A stretch of 32,852 nt of DNA from Sediminispirochaeta sp. (lineage in GTDB: Bacteria > Spirochaetota > Spirochaetia > B11-G9): positions 1 to 32,852 of the forward strand of contig JANTFL010000018.1 of assembly GCA_024763455.1 (NCBI GenBank), in the 5' to 3' direction. The position numbers and the translations under genes were made by a program. Below the pieces are notes generated by a model. The model did no database searches. It was given only the letters and a program-made list of their open reading frames with translations, and had not been told where the DNA came from. Shown here piece after piece: positions 26,886 to 32,852 of this stretch (positions are counted from its first letter, which is position 1; every line of letters starts with the position of its first letter).

Positions 26886-27974
26886 TTATCTGTAAGGTGA
26901 TCCTGCTTTCTCCATGGTATCAACATAGTTTTTTAGAATTCCAACAACCTTGGCATTGATTTCGCTGGTTGCGGCAATATCGTCCCAATACTTGTAGGCG
27001 GCATCCTCAACCTGTTTCCATTCTTCTGCAGGAATAGTTGTAAGCTCCATCTTTCCGCCTGTGACACGGTAGTGAGCTTCTCCGTACCAGTACCAGTGAA
27101 GTCTGAAGTAGTTGGATTTCTGAATAGCAAGCATCAGCATGGTCTGAAGATGCTTCGGGACCTTCTCCCAGGATTCAGTATGAACAAACCATCCACCGGA
27201 CCATCCACCGGAGATAGGATTGGTGAGGAAGTAGTCACATACGTCCGCCCAGCCTACTGTATAATCTTCAGTAATACCTGACCATGCTACACCGTCAAGT
27301 ACACCGGTCTGGATTGCCATCTGGACATCTTCGTAAGGCATTGACTGAGGAACAACTCCAAACTGCTGCATAAACTTTCCACCGGTGGGGAACATATACA
27401 TTCTAAGTCCCTTGAGGTCTGAGAGATGGCGGATCGGCTTTGTTGTCGCAAAGTTACAAGGGTCCCAGCTTCCCTGGGCCAGCCATGTAACGCCATCAAT
27501 CTTGTCATAAGCTTCTTTCCAGATTTCGTTAAGGCCATACCAGTTCCACAGAACATCTACATCAAGACCATACCGGGCAGCAAGGGGAAAATATGCTGCA
27601 AAAATAGATACGTCAACTGGAGATGCCATTGAATCATCATCACTGACTGCCATATCGACGGTTCCTTCCTGAACAGCTCTAAAAAGCTCTCCATGGGGGA
27701 CCAATTCGTCTGCAGTGTAAACATCAATAACCATCTCGCCGTTAGCTGCTTCATTGAACTCATCTATTGCATTCTTTACAACGTATTCGTTCAATGCAGG
27801 ACCTGCATAGGACTGAAGTCTCCATTTAATTGCAGGTGCTTTCTTTGCAGCAGCCTGATTGCCTCCAGCAGCTTCCTGTTTGCCTCCGCAGCTGCTTAAA
27901 AGCGGCAGGAACATAACCAGTACGATCAGTACGACAATAGTCACAATAGATTTCTTAGAATGTTTTTTCATCAA
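26886..27974 (-). CDS. dctP: TRAP transporter substrate-binding lipoprotein DctP.
   Basis: Lipobox LLSSCGG, 362 aa, GGAGGAG RBS. Confidence 0.85.
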   Translation of the reverse strand: MMKKHSKKSIVTIVVLIVLVMFLPLLSSCGGKQEAAGGNQAAAKKAPAIKWRLQSYAGPALNEYVVKNAIDEFNEAANGEMVIDVYTADELVPHGELFRAVQEGTVDMAVSDDDSMASPVDVSIFAAYFPLAARYGLDVDVLWNWYGLNEIWKEAYDKIDGVTWLAQGSWDPCNFATTKPIRHLSDLKGLRMYMFPTGGKFMQQFGVVPQSMPYEDVQMAIQTGVLDGVAWSGITEDYTVGWADVCDYFLTNPISGGWSGGWFVHTESWEKVPKHLQTMLMLAIQKSNYFRLHWYWYGEAHYRVTGGKMELTTIPAEEWKQVEDAAYKYWDDIAATSEINAKVVGILKNYVDTMEKAGSPYR

Positions 27975-28008
27975 CTCCTCCGATTATTCATTCTTTAAAA
28001 ATATTTTT

Positions 28009-28023
28009 CTGTTCGACGAACAG
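28009..28023. promoter_or_regulatory. Perfect 15-nt palindrome CTGTTCGACGAACAG in the dctP leader, followed by a second hairpin CCCGTTC tcat GAACGGG (28035-28052).
   Basis: Read directly. Both elements lie 35-60 nt upstream of the dctP ATG. Confidence 0.5.
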
Positions 28024-28086
28024 TCGTTCTGTTGCCCGTTCTCATGAACGGGTAGTGCATAGAATTTTTTATATACCTCCTTTTCC

Positions 28087-28099
28087 CTATATTGTATTA
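28087..28099. promoter_or_regulatory. 13-bp motif CTATATTGTATTA, copy 1. It lies within the dyad GTATTAA-N7-TTAATAC, downstream of the predicted dctP promoter.
   Basis: Identical 13-mer to 28189-28201. Confidence 0.5.
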
Positions 28100-28107
28100 A
28101 CAGAATA

Positions 28108-28138
28108 TTAATACTATCCCACATCTGTCATATGTCAA
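28108..28138 (-). promoter_or_regulatory. Candidate minus-strand promoter for dctPQM: perfect -35 TTGACA (28133-28138 on the minus strand) and a -10-like TAGTAT/TATTAA.
   Basis: Reverse complement reads TTGACATATGACAGATGTGGGATAGTATTAA. Confidence 0.4.
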
Positions 28139-28166
28139 GTTTTTTTTGCTCAACACAAATTTTCTC

Positions 28167-28195
28167 TTGACTTTTGGATATATCTGCTCTATATT
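28167..28195 (+). promoter_or_regulatory. Promoter for the GntR gene: -35 TTGACT (28167-28172), 17-nt spacer, -10 TATATT (28190-28195).
   Basis: Read directly. The -10 overlaps motif copy 2. Confidence 0.5.
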
Positions 28196-28201
28196 GTATT
28201 A
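28189..28201. promoter_or_regulatory. 13-bp motif CTATATTGTATTA, copy 2. It sits within the imperfect dyad ATTGTATTA gtg TAATAGTACAAT.
   Basis: Identical to copy 1 and 102 bp from it. Confidence 0.5.
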
Positions 28202-28233
28202 GTGTAATAGTACAATACAACAAGGCGGCGGGT

Positions 28234-28647
28234 ATGAAGAGTGAAGAGCAGGAAGCGATCAGGTTCAGACTGGACCCGAAAAGCGGTGTCCCTTTTTACA
28301 AACAGATCATCCTCCAGATCGAAATGGCCATTGCCGACGGACGGCTGACAAGCGGCGATCAACTCCCTACAGTTAGAGGGCTGGCAGTAAACCTCAAGGT
28401 AAATCCCAACACCGTTGCCAAAGCATACAACGAGCTGGAGTTAAAGGGGGTTGTAACTACCCAGCAGGGGACTGGAACCTTTATCAGTAATAAAAAGATC
28501 TCTCTCACGGAGATTGAAAAGGAACGGGTTCTGTCAGAGCTGACCAGGCCGTTTATTTCAAACGCCCATGCATACGGTTTCAAATTGGAAGACCTTATTA
28601 AATATCTCAAAACGTTAGCTGAGGATAAGGAGATAAAAAATGCTTAG
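28234..28647 (+). CDS. GntR-family transcriptional regulator (short YtrA-like subfamily).
   Basis: HTH GDQLPTVRGLAVNLKVNPNTVAKAYNELE. 137 aa from the internal ATG with an AAGGCGG RBS. Confidence 0.85.
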   Translation: MKSEEQEAIRFRLDPKSGVPFYKQIILQIEMAIADGRLTSGDQLPTVRGLAVNLKVNPNTVAKAYNELELKGVVTTQQGTGTFISNKKISLTEIEKERVLSELTRPFISNAHAYGFKLEDLIKYLKTLAEDKEIKNA

Positions 28648-29746
28648 GAAACAAACATTTAACAGGATAAAGAACCTCCCCCGGTTTACTTTAAAGAGGG
28701 ATTTTACGTTCAATGTTTTCTCTTTTCTGATTCTGGGGATATTTTTTACTGCAGGGGTGCTGTTACAGGGATACTTTTCCGGCTCCCTGGAAGCTGAGCT
28801 CATCGCCAAAACGGCTGGAGAGGCTGTTTTCTCAGGGCTTGTCCTTACGATCCTTCCGTTGTGGTCAGTAACAATTGTTCTGATTATATCAGTCTGGGTC
28901 TCAATGCTCTTTCTGGTGCAGACACCTCTGTATCTACTTTTTACCGTTCTCTCTGTGGGTATTCTTTTTTCCCCGTCAATTCAAATCATCCTGGAATGGG
29001 AAAAGGGAGTACTGCTCCGGCGGGGAAAGTTCAAAACGGTGAAGAGTTCCGGGCTGATATTTATTATGCCGCTGATAGACCGGCTTGCTCAGAAGATTGA
29101 CACCCGGATTAGAGCAACCGATTTCAGTGCTGAAAAATCTCTGACCAAAGATACCGTCCCGGTACATGTAGATGCCTTGGCCTTTTGGCTGATCTGGGAT
29201 GCCCAAAAAGCTGTTCTTGAGGTTGAAAATTTTATCGAAGCTGTCACTCTTTCCGCCCAGACCGCCCTCAGAGCGTCAATCGGCAAGAATAACCTCTCCA
29301 CCCTGCTGTCAGACAGAGCCTTTATATGCAACGAGATTCAGCAGATCCTGGACGAGAAAACAAATCCCTGGGGCATAACCATCCTTTCAGTGGAATTTAC
29401 CGATATAATAATTCCTGACAATCTGGAAGATGCCATGAGCCGTGTAGCCCAGGCAGAACGGGAAAAAGAGGCGCGGGTTATCCTGGGAGCAGCGGAAGTG
29501 GAAATTGCCAAGAAATTCGAGGAAGCTTCGAAATCCTACCAAAAGAACCCCACGGCTCTCCACTTGCGGGCTATGAACATGGCATATGAGGGGATCAGAA
29601 AGAATAACAACTCTATGATGGTACTCCCTTCCTCGGCTCTGGACAGTATGAACCTCGGGGGTATTGCAGGCCTCTCCGCTTTGTACCAGACAGATTCAGT
29701 TAAAAAAGAAATGGAACACAAGGATAATAAAGGAGGAAATAAATGA
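28640..29746 (+). CDS. SPFH (stomatin/prohibitin/band-7) domain protein with an unusual 3-4 TM N-terminal region.
   Basis: SPFH core IFIMPLIDRLAQKIDTRIRATDFSAEKSLTKDTVPVHVDALAFW and a coiled-coil tail. It overlaps both neighbouring genes. Confidence 0.75.
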   Translation: MLRKQTFNRIKNLPRFTLKRDFTFNVFSFLILGIFFTAGVLLQGYFSGSLEAELIAKTAGEAVFSGLVLTILPLWSVTIVLIISVWVSMLFLVQTPLYLLFTVLSVGILFSPSIQIILEWEKGVLLRRGKFKTVKSSGLIFIMPLIDRLAQKIDTRIRATDFSAEKSLTKDTVPVHVDALAFWLIWDAQKAVLEVENFIEAVTLSAQTALRASIGKNNLSTLLSDRAFICNEIQQILDEKTNPWGITILSVEFTDIIIPDNLEDAMSRVAQAEREKEARVILGAAEVEIAKKFEEASKSYQKNPTALHLRAMNMAYEGIRKNNNSMMVLPSSALDSMNLGGIAGLSALYQTDSVKKEMEHKDNKGGNK

Positions 29747-30435
29747 TACAGGCAGTAGACGTAAAGAAATCTTACCAGACAGGTGAAACAGAGGTAAAGG
29801 CTCTGCAGGGTATAAGTTTTTCTATCGGGCAAGGGGAATTCATGTCGATTGCGGGTCCATCGGGATCCGGGAAAACCACTCTTCTCAATTTGATAGGCTG
29901 TCTCGACAAGGCTGATTCGGGGAAAATTTTAATAGACAGTGAAACGATCCACGACCAGACAAAGAAGGAGCTTGCCCTGTTACGACGGGAAAAGATCGGT
30001 TTTATTTTCCAGTCATTTAACCTGATCCCGGTACTGACAGCCTTTGAAAACGTATCCTTTGCCCTGTCACTATTAAATATTCCGGATAAAGAGATTGAGG
30101 AAAGGACATTAAAGCTCCTTGAAGAAGTCGGTCTCAAAGGGATGGAGTACAGACTGCCCAACCAGCTCTCAGGAGGGCAACAGCAGCGGGTTGCGGTAGC
30201 ACGGGCTCTTATAAAAAACCCGTTGATAGTACTCGCAGACGAACCGACCGCCAATCTTGATTCAAAGACCGGGGAGGATATCCTAAAACTCATGAAAGCA
30301 ATGAACAGGAAGCATAATACAACCTTTGTCTTTTCAACCCATGATCAAATGGTAATGGACTATGCAAACCGGCTTATTCACCTCCACGACGGCCAAATTC
30401 AGAGTGATGAATCAAACCCTGCGGCAAAGGGATAG
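29743..30435 (+). CDS. ABC transporter ATP-binding protein (MacB/LolD type).
   Basis: Walker A GPSGSGKTT, signature LSGGQQQRVAVARAL, Walker B LADEPTANLD. Confidence 0.9.
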   Translation: MIQAVDVKKSYQTGETEVKALQGISFSIGQGEFMSIAGPSGSGKTTLLNLIGCLDKADSGKILIDSETIHDQTKKELALLRREKIGFIFQSFNLIPVLTAFENVSFALSLLNIPDKEIEERTLKLLEEVGLKGMEYRLPNQLSGGQQQRVAVARALIKNPLIVLADEPTANLDSKTGEDILKLMKAMNRKHNTTFVFSTHDQMVMDYANRLIHLHDGQIQSDESNPAAKG

Positions 30436-30445
30436 GAGGCTCAGA

Positions 30446-31699
30446 ATGAAATTTTTAATCCGTTTTGCATGGAAAAACCTGTCCCGGTACAGGAAAAGGA
30501 CAGTTATTACCTCTCTTGCTCTTGCCTTTGGAATTGGACTGTACATATTCACCGATTCAATGCTTGTAGGAATCTCTGAAGAATCGGAGAGAAATTTAAT
30601 CTGGTACGAAACAAGTTCCGCCAGGATAATGAACAAGGGTTACTGGCAAGAGAAAGACAACCTTCCGTTGAAGTATGCAATAGACAACAAAGAACAAGTT
30701 CTTGATACGCTTCAGGCTGCCGGTATCAAGGCCGCTCCCAGAACCACTTTTGCGGGTGAAGTTATTGTTTATAAGGATCCATACCCGGAAGACGGCTCTA
30801 TTTACTCCAAAATATTCGCCATTGACCCTCTGAAAGATTCCGACGTATTCCGGTTTAAAGATGCAGTTGTCAAGGGACGGTATTTAAAACCAGGAGAGAA
30901 TGGTGTACTGATCGGCTCCTGGCTTGCCGAGGATATTGGAGCTGATGTCGGATTCCCGTTAAGTATTACAACCAGAACACGGGACGGATATATGCAGGTT
31001 ATCGATACAACAATTGTCGGTATTATCAACTGCCCTAACCCATACATAAACAGAGCATCACTCTTCATTCCTCTTGATACAGCGGATTCCTACCTGGATA
31101 TGCGAGGAGGAGTAACCGAGATCGACATGAAATACTCCAATTACCGGAAGGCAGCACCCATCAGCAGTGAAGTGCTGGAGAAATTAGGCCCTCTTGCAGG
31201 GGACCTGGAAATCAAGACATGGGAGGAACTTGCCGCCGATTTTATTGCCCTGGCTGAAATGAAATCAAAAAGTTCCGGGATAATTCTTCTTTTAATCTTT
31301 GTTATTGCCATTGTAGGGGTTTCCAACACAATGCTCATGGCCGTTTTTGAACGGGAGAGGGAACTCGGTATGATGCGGGCAATGGGAATGGAGGATAAAC
31401 AGGTACGGAGAGCATTTCTTCTGGAAGCTGCAGGAATCGGCGTTATCGGCTCTCTAGCCGGTATACTTTTCGGCATCCTTCTTGATTTTCTTATCATTCA
31501 CTGGGGTATTGACTATACCGCCATCCTCAGGAAAGCAGACATGGGCTACAGAGTTTCCGGGGTTCTCTACGGCGCCTGGAATCCGGCAACCATGATTAAA
31601 GCTTTCTTTATCGGGATTTTCCTTGCCGTTGCTTCTGCATGGATTCCGGTCAAAAGGGGATTGAAAATGGAAATTACCGACACCCTGAGAAACGTATAG
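30446..31699 (+). CDS. FtsX-like ABC transporter permease (MacB/LolC-E family).
   Basis: Start at the ATG with a GGAGG RBS. N-terminal TM segment, large periplasmic domain and C-terminal 3-TM FtsX domain. Confidence 0.8.
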   Translation: MKFLIRFAWKNLSRYRKRTVITSLALAFGIGLYIFTDSMLVGISEESERNLIWYETSSARIMNKGYWQEKDNLPLKYAIDNKEQVLDTLQAAGIKAAPRTTFAGEVIVYKDPYPEDGSIYSKIFAIDPLKDSDVFRFKDAVVKGRYLKPGENGVLIGSWLAEDIGADVGFPLSITTRTRDGYMQVIDTTIVGIINCPNPYINRASLFIPLDTADSYLDMRGGVTEIDMKYSNYRKAAPISSEVLEKLGPLAGDLEIKTWEELAADFIALAEMKSKSSGIILLLIFVIAIVGVSNTMLMAVFERERELGMMRAMGMEDKQVRRAFLLEAAGIGVIGSLAGILFGILLDFLIIHWGIDYTAILRKADMGYRVSGVLYGAWNPATMIKAFFIGIFLAVASAWIPVKRGLKMEITDTLRNV

Positions 31700-31712
31700 G
31701 AGGGGGTAAAGA

Positions 31713-32852
31713 ATGAATTTAAGCAAGATAGCACTGCGGAACATCCGCCGCAATACAAAAAGAAGCATTCTGTCCGCAACGGCAATAACCGTTGCAACAA
31801 TGACCATAGTATTCATGTTCGCACTGATCAACGGGATGATCCTTGATATGCAGTGGAATATCACATCATATCTCACCGGAGAGATCCGGCTTCACAACAG
31901 GGAGTACGATAAAAATGAGATGGTAAATCCGGTTTTTCTCAATATAAAGAACGCAGAAGAAAAGATGGAGAAAATCAATGCTCTCCCTGATACGGCAATT
32001 ACCGTTCCCCGGATCCCTTTTTATGCAATTGTTTACAAAAACGATACATCATTTAACATAAAAGGTGTTGGACTTGATTTTGAAAAAGAAAGAGAGTTCC
32101 AGGATCTCAAGAAATACATTAAAAAGGGAAGCATTCCGGAAAAGGGAAGCAGCGGTATTGTAATCGGCTACAAGCTTGCAGAAAAAATGGGACTTGGGAT
32201 CGGAGATAAATTTACCGCTCTGACAACAACCGTATACAGAGGTTCCAACGCAATGACCTTTGAGGTAGCAGGAATTGCATCCTTCGGGATCGGCGGGTTG
32301 AACGGTTCAACATTCTATGCTTCCCTTCCCCGGGTACAGAAGTTACTCAAAGCGGATAATGCGGTAACAGAGATTCTTGTGAAAGTCCCGGACAAAACGA
32401 ATCTGAAAAGTGCTGTAAGTGAGATTTCCACGATTTTAGCGCAGATGGGAGATAGCTCCACGGATGTGAAAGCCTATACATCCCTGGATACAACCCTCTC
32501 TCTTATGAGTATTGCCCAATTTGCTTATGATATTATTGCTCTGATATTTTTTATACTTGCCAGTACTGTAATCGTCAATACGACAATGATGGTAATCTTT
32601 GAACGGATGAAAGAGATTGGTACAATCAGTGCGATGGGAATGACCGGCGGACAGATTCAAAGATTGTTTTTTCTTGAAGCATTCTTTTTAGGAATACTTG
32701 GGGCTCTGGCGGGAGTCATTATCGGCATAGGGATTACCCTGCCCCTTTCCCGGACAGGCATTAATTTCGGTGCTGCAATGGAAGGTGTCGACTTTGAGAT
32801 ATCCGATATAATCCGGCCGGTACTTAATATTAAATCTACTGTAGGAGTATTT
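31713..32852 (+). CDS. Second FtsX-like permease. The 3' end is truncated by the window edge.
   Basis: ATG at 31713 after a GGAGGGGG RBS. I translated it by hand to the window end without a stop (380 codons). It is absent from the ORF track because it has no in-window stop. Confidence 0.75.
   Translation, partial: MNLSKIALRNIRRNTKRSILSATAITVATMTIVFMFALINGMILDMQWNITSYLTGEIRLHNREYDKNEMVNPVFLNIKNAEEKMEKINALPDTAITVPRIPFYAIVYKNDTSFNIKGVGLDFEKEREFQDLKKYIKKGSIPEKGSSGIVIGYKLAEKMGLGIGDKFTALTTTVYRGSNAMTFEVAGIASFGIGGLNGSTFYASLPRVQKLLKADNAVTEILVKVPDKTNLKSAVSEISTILAQMGDSSTDVKAYTSLDTTLSLMSIAQFAYDIIALIFFILASTVIVNTTMMVIFERMKEIGTISAMGMTGGQIQRLFFLEAFFLGILGALAGVIIGIGITLPLSRTGINFGAAMEGVDFEISDIIRPVLNIKSTVGVF

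Noticed and set aside
1-32852. CRISPR arrays, tRNA or rRNA genes.
   Set aside because: I saw no regularly spaced direct repeats and no tRNA-like GTTCGAATC or T-loop signatures in any intergenic gap.

Overview
This is a chromosomal segment of an anaerobic, fermentative bacterium, roughly 42-44% GC, with mostly strong AGGAG-type ribosome-binding sites. It is mostly core metabolism and transport. It carries a single-chain pyruvate:ferredoxin oxidoreductase (nifJ-type) and a separate four-subunit 2-oxoacid:ferredoxin oxidoreductase. Transport genes include a TctCBA tripartite tricarboxylate transporter, a DctPQM TRAP transporter, a DUF47-PiT phosphate uptake operon with an extra unknown gene, and a GntR(YtrA-like)-SPFH-ABC(MacB/LolD-like)-FtsX-FtsX operon. 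Other genes are LysR, a DHH/DHHA2 phosphoesterase, the rRNA methyltransferase RlmKL translationally coupled to a NYN/OST-HTH protein, an SDR oxidoreductase and a choline/ethanolamine-kinase-like protein. I found no rRNA, tRNA or CRISPR. The first ~5 kb is the accessory-looking part. It holds an AT-rich solitary IS200-like/RAYT Y1 transposase gene and at least six copies of a short repeat (core GGGACGGAGC) that occur nowhere else in the window. Copies include an 18-bp tandem duplication, and an inverted pair bracketing a ~250-bp MITE-like segment that supplies the 3' end of a NUDIX gene. Three copies sit in-frame inside coding sequences. Next to this are two tandem GT4-like glycosyltransferase paralogs, the second with a G8 homopolymer near its 5' end (a phase-variation candidate). 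I did not recognise a classical defence system. The less-explained points are the repeat/RAYT cluster, the multi-pass SPFH-ABC-FtsX module with paired candidate operator motifs, and the unknown third gene of the pit operon.
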